64,000 nt of DNA. Source: Octopus vulgaris. Its lineage: Eukaryota. This document shows positions 1 to 13,345 of this stretch, in pieces; the stretch's first letter is position 1; each line of letters begins with the position of its first letter. The notes beneath the pieces were generated by a model. That model was not told the origin of the DNA and ran no database searches. It saw nothing but the letters and a program-made list of their open reading frames with translations. The stretch is taken from contig OX597837.1 of NCBI GenBank assembly GCA_951406725.2, forward strand, positions 13,826,001 to 13,890,000, in the 5' to 3' direction. The position numbers were made by a program, and so were the translations under genes.

Positions 1-625
1 TACCCTTTAGCATTTGAACAGGCTGTAGCCAACCGAAATATTCTACCTGTTTTGTGTGAAACTGGCCAAATCTGGCCCCTTACACCTACTCTACAATGCC
101 ATTCTACAAATAAACAATCATGTCATGAAAATCTTGAAGCTGCAAGATGTTCTTTTATTCTTTTACTCGTTTCAGTCATTTGACTGCGTCCATGCTGGAG
201 CACCGCCTTCAGTCGAGCAAATCGACCCCAGGACTTATTCTTTGTAAGCCTAGTACTTATTCTGTCAGTCTCTTTTGCCGAACTGCTAAGTTACGGGGAC
301 GTAAACACACCAGCATCGGTTGTCAAGCGATGTTGGGAGGGACAAACACACACACACAAACACATATATATATATACATATATACGACGTTCTTCTTTCA
401 GTTTCCATCTACCAAATCCACTCACAAGGCTTTGATCGGCCCGAGGCCATAGTAGAAGACACTTGCCCAAGGTGCCACACAGTGGGACTGAACCCAGAAC
501 CATGTGGTTGGTAAGCAAGCTACTTACCACATGACTATTCCCACGCCTATGCATGATTAATTAAAAAAAATAACGAGAATAAATAAGCATTACATTTGAC
601 AATAATTTGAACGCTAAAGGTTTAA
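1..625. mobile_element. piggyBac-like MITE interrupted by a SINE
   Basis: Ends are ccctttagcatttgaa...ttgaacgctaaaggtttaa. A related copy at ~24795-25012 ends ctgaatgctaaagggtttaa. Confidence 0.5.
151..551 (-). mobile_element. SINE family A (tRNA-like head, CORE-like CCTTGGGCAAGTGTCTT, internal TA/CA microsatellite, gtaaaaga tail)
   Basis: Near-identical to the reverse complement of the copy at 57985-58392. It is inserted within a TTAA-type MITE. Confidence 0.85.
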
Positions 626-1298
626 TATGACACCTGTGCCAATGTCACATAAAAAACACCTGTGCTGGTGCCATGTAATAACACACCCAGTACATTGTAA
701 AGTGGTTGGCATTAGGAAGGGCATCCAGCCATGGAAGCCATGCCAAAACAGACAGTTTGAAGTCTGGCGTCACTCTCTGGCTGGTCAGCTCCTGGTAAAC
801 TGACCAACCCATGCCAGCAGGGAAAAGATGATGACGTCACATTGCAACCAACTTGTTCTTGGTCGACCCATTAGGTCTCCTCCTGGTTTCCTCAGCTTCA
901 AGAATCTATCTTACAATTCTTTCCTGTGGAATTCCAATCACATGTTTGTAGGATCAGAGCTGTGACATCTCGATGCACCAAAGTGGTGGCTTCACCTGGA
1001 GAGACACTCATTGACCTCCAAGCTGTACACCCTGTTAATTAACATTACTCCAGGGACCATTTGGAGGGACCCCATTTCAGCCTCTTCTATTTGTGATGGT
1101 ACTGTTGAGGAACTCCTTCAACCATTCATCAACACCCGTGAAAGAAAGGAGCCACTTGTGTGTGATTTTGATGTCACATTTGTTGGAAGCATGCAAAATA
1201 ACCTGGAAACGAAAAAAAAAAAACCCACAAAGTAAAACTCCATTGCTGGGAAACTCAGAGTTTCCTGGTGACCCAACGGGTAGTATATATATATTTAT

Positions 1299-1329
<31 letters not shown>

Positions 1330-2044
1330 TATACTAGCAGAAATATCTGACATTGCTTGGGATTAAAATGGTATAGTTTTATATTCTTTTACTTGTTTCA
1401 GTCATTTGATTGTGGCCATGCTGGAGCACTGCCTTTAGTAGAACAAAAGGAAAGAAAGAAAGAAAGAGTGAAGAGTGTGTGTGTGTGTGTGTATGTGTAT
1501 ATATGTATGTATATAAGTATATATATACACACACACACATGTAGGGTTTAAATGTAACTGCTGTTGCAGTGAAGATGTAAGGTTCTCTAATTGGTGACCC
1601 CAAGTGAAGAAGAATACTGAACAATAGAAAATAGTATCCACATGTTTATTTGCTTGCAAGTGGTGAGAAAGTCTGTTGTATTTCAGGACAGCCATTAAAA
1701 AAAATTTTGTTTTTTAGCTAAATAAACACAGACACTATACATTCGTTCTTCACTCATTTATTATTGTTCTTATTTTAACTTGTGTCCATTGTCCAGAAAT
1801 CTTTCATCACACCTCTTCAGCAACACTTTCCATTCTCACTGCTCTACTTGGTAGTAATTGTTAATAATTGACAGGGACAAAGCTTCGCCTGTTGGTTGTT
1901 GTGAATTGTGCTGACAGAGAGAGAGAGAAAGAGAAGGATTACACTCTGTTGACAAAGAGAAACAAAGGATAAAGATGGCATTGTCCTCTTTTGATTCTGG
2001 CCAAAAGCTGCTCTTCAAATGGGACTGGGGAAAGAAATGCCCTC

Positions 2045-2440
2045 TGTTATATACTCTATGGACAGGATGTAGGTCAAATCCAAAGCCAAGGACAGACACT
2101 TCCGTGACCAGCCGAGGTTCTTTGAAGTCAAGTGTTTTCCATTAATCATCCGGTGTGGAGATGCAAACACAAAGGGATTTCAGACCTGTTTGACAAGCAG
2201 CAAGCAAGTGGATTTAGTTTCAAACCTCAGGCAGGGCAAAGCGAGGTCCGTGACCGCTTGTGTACCATTGGCGATATTTTTCCTCCGTCTTCCCTTCCTT
2301 GGACCTTTCCTTTTCCTGTTTCTGACAAAGAGCTCCGCTCGAAACGTTAAGTCCTCCTTCTTTCTTTCCTTTCCTGAGCGTCTAATAACACTATACTTGT
2401 TCCACGTCCTCACGTTGTTTTCATGTTTGGATTAACTTTA
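2045..2440 (+). mobile_element. Short non-coding element with a Penelope-type minimal hammerhead motif (2318-2352)
   Basis: gttt-CTGACAA-a-GAGC tcc GCTC-GAAA-cg-TT-aagt. The element ends in (CA/TA)n; its 5' boundary is uncertain. Confidence 0.6.
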
Positions 2441-3089
2441 CATACACACACACATATATATATATGTGTGTGTGTGTCTTCTTGTCATGACATCACATTA
2501 TTGTTGTAAATGAGCATCACTGTTATACAAGCAGTATAATTTGTTTTCTAATGACACCCCTGAAATGCAACAAAATCTGTTTCAACATGCAAAAGGTTAC
2601 CACTTATTTTGTGTAAGAATTTGGTTCGTAAAATGTTTATTTTAGCGTAATTTATTTGCATCGGGTTATACTGAGCTGACAATTCCAAAAGGTCTTTATA
2701 ATTTTATAGGAAAAAAGAAAAAAAAAAGAAATATTAAATATTCCGCGCTTCTTCATTTTTGATGTAAAATTCAAATTTGAAATCTCAGTTTAACTTAATC
2801 TAGACGGGATTGTCCCCCCTTACGATATATTATCTTTTTCATTACGCCAAGGAATAAGGGAGGCTACTCATGATCTACTTAATTTTTTTTTTCTTCTTTA
2901 TAATCCGAGTAGTTTTCATCAAGGGGACTCAAACTTTAAGGTCTGCACTCTGAGTGGTATGCCACTAAAATTCCGTTTTGAATTGCAGTGATTTTGTGGC
3001 TGCCTTTCTAAAGCGACTAGAAGTGGATTCCCGTTTAGCAAGTAGGTACAAAATAAAACAGAATTGAAAAGGCAAACGTTTTTATTCAC

Positions 3090-3254
3090 CTGCCTAACAC
3101 CCGTGGACATGTTTAAAAAGTCAGAAAACAGCACAGCTCCTTCCATGACTTTCGGAAACATTTTTTCCTGCTAAGAGTTGCTGAAGCATGGAACAAACTG
3201 CCGGCATCAGTTGTTAGTTGTCGGAGCATCCTTCAAAACCTCCGTGCGTCCTGA
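3090..3254 (+). mobile_element. CR1-clade LINE ORF2 3' remnant
   Basis: Translates to TRGH...HDFRKHFFLLRVAEAWNKLPASVVSC, matching the CR1 C-terminal RGH...FF..RV...WN.LP..VV motif. Confidence 0.7.
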
Positions 3255-4112
3255 ATGTTTTCTGTACGTAGTTTTACGTATACGAGAGGTATAGTTAGTA
3301 GTAATCCACAGATAGCGATAGAATGATGTTGTAAGAATAAGAGCCAGAGAGAATTATAGGGTGTTGTCCACAGTAAACTTCATTTCTCCCTCTGGTCAAG
3401 ATTGTAGCTGGTCAGCCAGACTACGTTCTCCCCGAGTGGTGACTAACTCTGGTTGACTCTTCGTCACCGGCTGGTGAATAAAAACTGATTTTTGCTTGGG
3501 ATATGCTTGCTTATATAAAGATCCAGAAGGATAGATATATCATTGAGAAGAATAGATTTAGTTGGTGGTCTTGTTATCTATTCTAGCTTTTGGTGAAGTA
3601 GAAGAGGTTAGAAAGGGTCAAGTGGTGAAGATATTATTTTGGCCTAGCTAAAGGCATCTGGAAAATGTGAAAACTGCTGTCAGAGAAAACCCATTGTTTC
3701 ACTAGGGGGAAAAGTTCTGTAGCAGTGTTGATTTAAATTTGGCTATGTTGGATCTAATCCACTTCTTGCATGCAAGATTCGCTACATATATAAATATTTA
3801 TACAAGTTTTCCAAGAAAAGGGACAATTGATGTTGCATTGCTGATATGCCCAGCCCGTTACAGTACAGGGAGCAAAAATATGGAAATAAAAATGGATACT
3901 GAAAAGGTGATAATATACATAAAAATCATGGTTTTGTTCACCAGATCGGAGGTGCATTATATTCTTGATGAAAACACTTCATTTCTCGTTGCTTCAGTCC
4001 ACTCCGTTGCAAATGGGTCACCCAAAAACAGACTGGCGTTCCATTCAGTGGGGAATGTCAGCCTACCTGCCTAGGAATGCGAAGAAGTGTATTGTGATCA
4101 GTGGTGTATAAC

Positions 4113-4468
4113 ATCGTGGTGATCTCATTCTCGCCCACAACATCATAAGCGGAAAGTGTAACCTCTCGAAAGAGCTGTTCTTCACTCCTGCTCCAGAGCG
4201 TCGGCTGCGGGGTCATTCCGAAAAGCTCTACCTGCGACGATTTCATCTCAATCGAAGGAGAGGAGCTTTCTCCGTCCGGGTTGCGGATCCGTGGAACAAG
4301 CTGCCAGACGAGATGGTGAAGATGCTAACGACCGCTTTGTTCAAAGCCTCCCTGGACCTCAAGTGGCCTGAACTCTTTACATGAACACCACCCTGTACTT
4401 AACTCCATGTCCCCCTACATGGCCTTGCTATTTGCTTTTGAGCCAAATTAACTAACTAACTAACTAAC
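4113..4468 (+). mobile_element. CR1-clade LINE 3' end with (TAAC)n tail
   Basis: HRGDLILAHNIISGKCNLSKELFFTPAPERRLRGHSEKLYLRRFHLNRRRGAFSVRVADPWNKLPDEMVK...PELFT*. Flanked by a taacatc duplication and inserted in a SINE tail. Confidence 0.88.
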
Positions 4469-5310
4469 ATCCGATTGTCTGATTGGTACAGTGACAAAGA
4501 CAATAATGATGGCTCTTATGATGGTGATGTTTGATAGAATGCCCTGTGGTACTGGTTCAAACTCTTTGCATTGTGAGTTCAAATAATGCCAAAGTCAACT
4601 TCGTCTTTCCTGGTTTAGTGATCAATAAAAACCTATGAAGAAAGGGCAGTATCTTAGCAGAGTTGTGAGACTGTTAGACTGGACGCCTTGAAATATTTGT
4701 TGCAGCAAGGGATTTCTGAGTTCTAATTCTGTCATGGCCTGCATAGACGATAAACGAACCAGGAGCCTGGCTTAACATCCTGTTTGCCTTTATTGGAGTG
4801 CTCTCTGTTGCAAACATTCCGGCCAGCTCTCCAGTTTGAAGATAGCTTCCAAACCAATGAGCTAGCGTTCACTGGGGCAAACCTTCAATGGCCAGGTGCC
4901 CTTCCTGTCACTAACCCTCACCTGTTTCCAAGCAAGGTAATATTTCTCTCGTGGCCAGACATGTTTTTGCAGAAGACTGGAAATGAATGACATACATTTA
5001 CAATAGTCATACAATGTCAAGACAGATAAAAGGGGGTAAAAACATACAAACACACATTCATATGTACACACACACACATCAAGCATAGCTGTATGGTTAA
5101 GAATTTCATTTCCTAACCATGTGGTTGCAAATTCAGTCCTACTGTGTGGCACCTTGGGCAAAGTTATAATCAGCCATGAGCTGATCATAAATCTTGTGAA
5201 TAAGATTTGGTAGATGGAAACTGAAAGAAGCCTGTTGTGCATATATATATATATGTGTGTCCATGCATATCTGTCCTTGTCTTCACATCATGTGATAGCT
5301 GTAAACAAGT

Positions 5311-5542
5311 TATTTCTTTACTATACAGAAGGGAATGAACACAGAGGGGACAAACAAGGACAGACAAAGGGATTTAGCTGATTACATCGACCCCAGTGCA
5401 TAACTGGTACTTAATTTATCGACCCCGAAAGGATGAAAGGCAAAGTCGACCTCGGCGGAATTTGAACTCAGAATGTAACGGCAGACGAAATACTGCTAAG
5501 CATTCCGTCCGGCATGCTAACGACTCTGCCAGCTCGCCGCCC
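5311..5542 (-). mobile_element. SINE family B (head ggcggcgagctggcaga, B-box GAGTTCAAATTCC, core gcctttcatcctttcggggtcgataaa)
   Basis: Full length with TSD tagctgtaaac(a/t)agt. Matches many other copies in the window. Confidence 0.85.
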
Positions 5543-5889
5543 TAGCTGTAAACTAGTGCCACCATCATACATACAGTGATTTTGGTTTTCAGTCTTCCAA
5601 GTGTGGACATGAGCAAGAGTTGCCTTGTCATATAAAAGGTGAGGGTTGATGACAGGAAAGGCACCTGGCCATAAAAAAAGCTGCCTTAATGAATTCTGTC
5701 GGACTCATGCAATCAAGGAAAAGTGGATGTTAAAACGATGGCAATGACGTATAGCATCCATAAAAGTGGTGCCATGCTAATCTGCAATGGTCATCTCAGA
5801 AACCGAAAGAGGTGGAAATACATACTTTGCAATGCACCACCATTGCAGGACGATTTTGGTCTGCTCCTGATATATTTCCGTGTGTTTTC

Positions 5890-6237
5890 ACACGGAAAGC
5901 GCTCACAAGGCTTTAAGGACACACTGAAAGCCTTCAACATCGACCATGACACTTGGGAGCAGTCTGCTCTAGACAGAGAAGGGTGGTGATCAGCTGTCCA
6001 CAAGAGTGCCAACACATGCGAGACCAATAGGATCGCTGCTGCAGAAGACCACAGACAAGCCAGGAAGAACAGAGCTAACAACCCTGTAGCTGGCACTACC
6101 ATTCCCTGTCTATACTGTCAAAGACTCTTTCAGGCGCATATTGGCTTCACTAGCCATCTGCAGACTCACAAAACAAGCCACCCCATCCCAGGATGACTAG
6201 ATGGTCTTCGTTGCATCAACGGAAAAAACTACACACA
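5890..6237 (+). mobile_element. RTE-clade LINE 3' end with a C-terminal C2H2 finger
   Basis: HGKRSQGFKDTLKAFNIDHDTWEQSALDREGW*SAVHKSANTCETNRIAAAEDHRQARKN...IPCLYCQRLFQAHIGFTSHLQTH. Confidence 0.8.
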
Positions 6238-6681
6238 GTAGGTCCATAAGAGATGCTGTCTTGAGATGAATACCACAGTTTAGCACTCTGTCAATGAGAG
6301 ACTTGCTTTAACCGTTTTATCACCATGTTCATTGTTTCTATTAATTATGAAAATAGTGAAGGTTTTAGTAAAATCACTTTGTCGTTATTAAGCTGGTGTT
6401 AAGAGCGAAATTAACTTGGAAATATGTTGGAAGATTTTAATTTGGATCAGTTTAAAACAGGAAATTTGTATCAGAGAAGGGGAGAATATTACATTTCTTG
6501 GGGAAGACAAGTGTTGGCAACAGGAAGGGCATCTGGCTAGAGAAAATCTGCCCCAACAAAATGCCCTATGACCCATGCAAGCATGGAAAGGTGGATGTTA
6601 AAAAGATGATTTGCAGGTCGAGACAACAGGCATCTGTGTGTGTGTGTGTGTGTGTGTGTATACATATATACATGTGTGTGT

Positions 6682-6900
6682 AGAGGCACGTGGCTTAGTG
6701 GTTAGGGTGCCAGCACCATGATTGCAAGATTGTGGTTTCAATTCCTGGACCAGGTGACGCGTTGTGCTCTTGAACAAAACACTTCATTTCACGTTGCTCC
6801 AGTCCACTCAACTGGCAAAAATGAGTAATGTCCAGCTGGGGAACACATATGCCATAGAAACCGAGCCCATAAGCCTGGCTAGGCTTTAAAAAGGGCTCAT
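6682..6900 (+). mobile_element. SINE family D (tRNA-like head, gtgctcttgaacaaaacact domain)
   Basis: A-box TGGCTTAGTGG and B-box-like GGTTTCAATTCC. The same head occurs at 11660-11995, 20420-20670, 43716-44065 and 50974-51455. Confidence 0.7.
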
Positions 6901-6915
6901 TTATATATATATATA

Positions 6916-7262
6916 TCATCGTTTAACGTCCGTTTTCCATGCTACCATGGGTTGACGGTTTGACCAGGGTCTGTACCAGGCTCCAATCTGATCGGGCAGT
7001 GTTTCTACAGCTGGATGCCCTTCCTAACGCCAACCACTCCGTGAGTGTAGTGGGTGCTTTTTACGTGCCACCGGTACAGGTGCCAGACGAGGCTGGCAAT
7101 GACCACGATCGGTTGGTGCTTTTTACGTACCACTGGCACAAAAGCCAGTCAAGGCGGCGCTGGCATCGGCCACGTACAGATGGTGCTTTTTACGTGCCAC
7201 TGGCACAGGTATCACAACTACAATTTCCATGAGATTTTTTGATGTTGATGTACTTGACTCAA
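6916..7262 (-). mobile_element. SINE-like family C with internal tandem units and a (gat)n RTE-type tail
   Basis: Three GGTGCTTTTTACGTGCCAC units. Homologous to the copies at 21218, 41482 and 54328. Confidence 0.8.
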
Positions 7263-7520
7263 TAGGTCTCAAGCACAGTAGGTCACCCTACGATCCAAGG
7301 CCCTTTGTATGGGCTGGGGCCATGGACCTGCAAATGAATAAATATGGAGGCATGCAGCACTGCATATGTATAGCTTTTTTCTTTTCTTTATCTCCAGAAT
7401 GTTACATATGCAGCTAAATTGAAAGAACTGCATCAGTTTCTGTATCTTGGGCGGGTCTCTCACTCCTCCCACTTACTCTTCTTTCCTTCCACCATCTTGG
7501 TTTTTTTTTTCTTCATCTTA

Positions 7521-7888
7521 TTTAGTTAGTTAGTTAGTTAATTTTTTGGCTCAAAAAGCAAAAAGCAAGGCCATGTAGGGGGACATGGAGTTATGTACAG
7601 GGTGGTATTCATGTAAAGAGTTCAGGCCACTTGTGGTCAAGGGAGACTTTGAACCGAGCGGTCGTCGGCATCTTCACCATCTCATCCGGCAGCTTATTCC
7701 ACGGATCTGCAACCCGGACAGAGAAAGCCCCTCTCCTTCAATTGAGATGAAATCGCCACAGATAGAGTTTTTCGGAGTGACCCCGCAGCCGACGCTCTGG
7801 AGCAGGAGTGAACAGCTCTTTCGAGAGGTTACACTTTCCGCTTATGATGTTGCGAGCAAGAATCAGATCACCACGGCGTCGTTTTTCG
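7521..7888 (-). mobile_element. Second copy of the same CR1 3' end, inverted
   Basis: EKRRRGDLILARNIISGKCNLSKELFTPAPERRLRGHSEKL..., with (TTAG)n at 7522-7540. Confidence 0.88.
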
Positions 7889-8179
7889 CCTTGCTCAATA
7901 TTCTGGTTCTTTCTACCGTTTCGATCCAATTCTCAGCTTCTTCCCTCCCCAATACATTCATCTCATACCAGTAATTTCGAACTCCACCACACCACTGCTC
8001 CTTGCCACTGTCCTAACTTCAATTTCTCATTTTTGCAGCCCAAGCAACAGCACTTCACCTGGGCGGTAAAGAAAAGAGAAAAGCTTGAAATCCCCAACAG
8101 AGACCGTCACCAGTTTCTTTGGGCAACTGAAGAATTGGAAGTTTTAGTCAGAAAATTTCAAACAAAACAAAAAAATCAA

Positions 8180-10258
8180 TATACGAGTCAAAACTTTTAT
8201 TCAGAATTAGAAGATAAAGGGTCTGTTACTGGGTTCCAGTCTCAATGATAGCAAACTAAGCTCACCTCCAACGGTAGAGAGAACAGTTCCTAGTAGCCAG
8301 AAAAGGGAATGTTTGTTAAAAAAATAAAAATAAATAGAATTATAAGTTTCCGCTTGGATTACAACCAGGTTTTATTTTTCACCAAAATATAATCTTTGAT
8401 ATTCACTCTAGCAACCTAAACATAAAGAAACTTTCATTTGAACAAGAACTAGGCATCATTTAGTGGTTGCACTTTTTATCCCAGGACAAATCTCTTGCAT
8501 TCACATCATGAGTTCACTACCGACCTATTCGTGAACGGAGAGGAGGAAAGAACATGAAGAAAAAACCCTTAGCTCTAAAATTAATCTGTTTGGAGGTGGG
8601 GAAACTAAATGAAACCTATTTAGTACTAATGCATCAGATGACAAGGGAGCAGTTAACTACAATCAATGATGAGGGACCAGCTAGAGCTGCAATCAATAGC
8701 GGGCGACAGTCGAACTCGTCCTGGAAAGAAAAAAAGAAAGAAAAAAAAATTGTACAAATAATTGGAAATATTTTAGAGGAAAACAAGAAACTAACATTAA
8801 CTTAGCATTAATTAAACTACACTATGCATAATATAATCAACTAAAACTGGGACTGAATAACTTCAATCTCGCTCTCTCTCTATATATATCTAGTCAAAAT
8901 CATAAGCTGCTAGAAGATGGTATTAAATTATTTTAAACAAGTTTTCAAATTGGTTTGCAATGAAAATTAATTGAAAATAAATTATTCTAACTGGTTAGAT
9001 TCAAGTGATGTTAATTCCCAAAAAAATTTATTTCCTACTTTCTCTACAGAAAATTCTTGGGAGCCACTAGATATGGACACAGAAGAGATAATTGTTATTT
9101 AAGAAGAAAAAACCCAGAAACAAACCTTTTTCTCAAAAATCTTTCTTCTGTGCACATAAACTACTGACAGAAAATAAGGAGAAATTAATTTTTCAACGGA
9201 GTAAATAATAATGATAAAAAAAAAAATCCTCTAGTTCAGAACAATTTTAGTAGAATTTGAATTTTACATTGTATAAGAGTTTGGAAGAGTTCGACAAGAA
9301 TTATTAAATCTAGAAAGTGAGTGCCATTTGCTAGTAAAAAAATAAAATTTCTCCGATTTAACATTAATTTAAAATTTAATACAAGTATATATAATTGAGT
9401 ATGAAGATTATTTTAGTTCATTACAAGAAGAATATGACACCAGTCCAGTTCCAAATAGAATGTTCTTTTAAGCATACTGTCATGTAAGCCTCCAGACATA
9501 TTCAGTATTTCATATCTAATATGGTCCCATTTTAAATTGATTTAAAAATTCCTTGCAAACACATTGAACAGTTAGTAGTCAATTATATATATGTGTATAT
9601 ATATATATATATATTAACAAAACTCCTTTATCAGTTTCATATGAATTATAAAGAATTATGAAAATAAAGACTTTTATTATATATTTTCTGGAAACACAAG
9701 TTATCTGCAATCACTTTGTAAATAACTACCAACTAATATTAATTATAATTAGTAAATATGTAATTGATTGATAAACATGAAAACAATTAAGGAAAAAAAA
9801 AAAACAAAACAAAAGAAAATAAAGATTCCACAAAGAGCATTCAGTGGAAAAAAAAAACCCCAACAAATAGAACAAAAATAAAAAGAAAGAACTAAAACAA
9901 CATTTATATAGAAAAAGCAAAAAGGCTTCAAGAAATGTGAGAAAATAGCAAAATTTAACTAAACTATTTTTTATTCTTCAGCAAATAACAATAAACGTAT
10001 TTTAAATGTTTAAAAACAGAACTCTGGGGAAAATTTTGTTTGTTTTAATTCTCAAAGGTTAAATGAACAAAATATGAAAAATTAACGATTCAAGTTTAAT
10101 TAGAACCTTTCGTTCTTCTCCTGCTGTGGAATCAATGATTTCAAGTGAAGCTGCAGAAGGGGACAGTTGAAATATATATATTGATAGTAGGGGGCTCTTA
10201 ATGCAGAGGAGGGGGCCTTTCAAACACCTGATGCATGAAGAGAGAACTACAGCAGTGG

Positions 10259-10295
<37 letters not shown>

Positions 10296-10830
10296 ATAAG
10301 CACTAACTCTAAATGCAACTAGGGAATAAAATGATGTCCCCAAGAATTAATGGCTGCATCAAAAGCTTCTCTGAAGACGGTAAAAAAAAAAAAAAAAATT
10401 TTTTTTTTTTTTTTTTTTGCATTTCAAGGAGTCTCTATGAAATATTAATTCCTTCCAGAGAAAAGGACGAGCCCCCTCCCCCCACCCCGCAATAGGAAAT
10501 ACTGATATCATTGTGAAGAAGAAGGGGAAGAGAGAGGTGGGGGTGAGGAAAAGAGGAGGAGAGAGAGAGAGAGAGAGTGTGTGTGTGTGTGTGGTGAGAT
10601 AAAAGGCTCCCACTAGAGAAATACTGATACCATTCTAGAAACATGAGCCCTCACTAAAAAAAAGGGGCCCTTATTGATAAATTCCAGAGGCACAAAGCTA
10701 CTCAACAATAGGAGAGGAAAGTTTGAAAAAAAAAAAAAAAAGACAGAAAAAAAACATGAACAGAAAAACAAACAGAAATAAAATAAACCAGGTTTTTTTT
10801 TTGTTTTTTTTTGGTTTCAATTCATTTTTC
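8180..10830 (-). other. Putative long 3'UTR of the sialomucin gene
   Basis: U-rich on the minus strand and free of recognisable SINEs. AATAAA at 8196-8201 (minus) is followed by a GU/U-rich tract (ttgatttttttgttttgtttg). Confidence 0.55.
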
Positions 10831-11274
<444 letters not shown>

Positions 11275-11288
11275 TTATGAGCACAAAA

Positions 11289-11597
11289 TCTTTATATATA
11301 AAACTAAAGTTGGGTGTGTGTGTGTGTATCTGTCTACTCTGATTTAGATTCCTAACTACTCCCACATTTTGCGGTGCAGTTTAACCAAAAGCGGGTATCT
11401 TATAGTTGTGATTCATATCGAGCCCTTCTGGGTATTAGCGCGCGTCTACGATGAGTCTACGATTTTAAAAAGAATTTACCATCATTTTTCAGCATTTTTA
11501 ATGATTTTTGCTCGGGTCATATAAGGGAAGTAACTCTAAAAATGCTTATATAGTTATTTCCCTTACAAACCCGAGCAACACCGGGTGATACTGCTAG
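11289..11597 (+). mobile_element. Non-autonomous Helitron
   Basis: A|TC 5' end (TCtttatatataaaa), subterminal hairpin cccgagcaacaccggg (11570-11585), CTAG|T 3' end and no TSD. Confidence 0.75.
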
Positions 11598-11659
11598 TTA
11601 ATGATAAAGATAAAAAAAAAAGGTGTATTATATGACTGGTATTTATTTTATAAACCTTG

Positions 11660-11995
11660 GATAAAGACCCCCTTCAGTCATGAATGACCAGGGGATGGCA
11701 CCAAGAAAGTTCCCCTCTGAGGCACAAAGTCTGGGCAAAAGTGTTTGTGAAAGACTTGCAGTCGCCCATGCATACCGACCTCCCCTCTCCACGCCACCGA
11801 TGTTGTCCAAGGGAAAGGCAAAAGGGGCCGATACAGCTTGGCACCAGTGACATCGCAACTCATTTCTACAGTTGGATGAACTGGAACAATGCGAAATAAA
11901 GTGTCTTGCTCAAGAGCACAACAAACAGCCTGGTCTGGGAATCAAACACACAATCTCACAATTGTAAGCTCAATGCTCTAACCACTCAGCCATCA
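11660..11995 (-). mobile_element. SINE family D, long-tail variant
   Basis: Reverse complement of 43716-44065 (shared tail ...gtcattcatgactgaagggggtcttta). Confidence 0.8.
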
Positions 11996-12025
11996 CTATA
12001 AACCCCAACAAAGATGAAATAAATA

Positions 12026-12410
12026 TTACTCTTTTACTTGTTTTAGTCATTTGACTGCGGCCATGCTGGAGCATCGCCTTTAATCAAGCAACTCGACCCC
12101 GGGACTTATTCTTTTTGTAAGCCCAGTAGTTATTCTATCGGTCTCTTTTGCCGAACCGCTAAGTAATGGGGATATAAACACACCAGCATCGGTTGTCAAG
12201 CAATGCTAGGGGGACAAACACACACACGCATATATATATATATACATATATAGATTGGGCTTCTTTCAGTTTCCGTCTACCAAATCCACTCACAAGGCTT
12301 TGGTCGGCCCGAAGCTATAGTAGAAGACACTTGCCCAAGGTGCCACGCAGTGGGACTGAACCCGGAACCATGTGGTTGGGAAGCAAGCTACTTACCACAC
12401 CTGCGCCTAT
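12026..12410 (-). mobile_element. SINE family A, full length
   Basis: Homologous to 57985-58392. Confidence 0.85.
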
Positions 12411-12645
12411 TATGTATAAGTTGCACTATTTTGTACTTTAACTGGGGTGTGACACATACCTAGGGCAAAGCTAAAACTAAGAAATGTAGACAATGTGTAT
12501 CAAATTAGGGAGCAAACACTAAATTAGGGATGTGACTAGAGCCCAAGCAAATATGGTAAATTACTTCCAGTAGGATTTTCATTGGAATGTAAAAGAAAAG
12601 AAAAAAAAAAAAAAAAAAAAAAGGAACATTTGCTGCCATTTAGCT

Positions 12646-13012
12646 TTTGCTAACCAACCACATGGTTCTGGGTTCAGTCCCACTGCATGGCACCTTGGGC
12701 AAGTGTCTTCTGCTATAGCCCAGGGCTGACCAATGCCTTGTGAGTGGATTTGATAGACGGAAACTGAAAGAAGCCCGTCGTATATATGTATATATATGTA
12801 TGTGTATGTTTGTGTGCTTGTGTTTGTCCCCCTAGCATTGCTTGACAACCGATGCTGGTGTGTTTACGTCCCCGTCACTTAGCGGTTCGGCAAAAAGAGA
12901 CCGATAGAATAAGTACTGGGCTTACAAAGAATAAGTCCCAGAGTCGATTTGCTCGACTAAAGGCGGTGCTCCAGCATGGCCGCAGTCAAATGACTGAAAC
13001 AAGTAAAAGAGT
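12646..13012 (+). mobile_element. SINE family A, slightly 5'-truncated
   Basis: Inverted relative to 12026-12410 and ~235 bp away from it. Confidence 0.85.
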
Positions 13013-13107
13013 ATAATGAAGTATGTCAGAATTCTGGTGTCAGGTGTAATAAAGTAATCATTCACACAAATGCTTAATTACAAAAAGGTATATACTTGAA
13101 TCTCAGT

Positions 13108-13345
13108 AAGGCGTCGAGCTGGCAGAAACGTTAGCACGCTGGGCAAAATGCTCTGTGGTATTTCGTCTGCCACTGCGTTCTGAGTTCAAATTCCGCCGAG
13201 GTCGACTTTACCTTTCATCCTTTCGGGGTCGATAAATGAAGTACCAGTGACGCACTGGGGTCGATGTAATCAACTTAATCCGTTTGTCTGTACTCGTTTG
13301 TCCCCTCTATGTTTAGCCCCTTGTGAGTAGTAAAGAAATAGGTAT
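13108..13345 (+). mobile_element. SINE family B with a 22-bp TSD
   Basis: TSD aggtatatactt(g/a)aatctcagt at 13086-13107 and 13340-13361. Confidence 0.9.
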
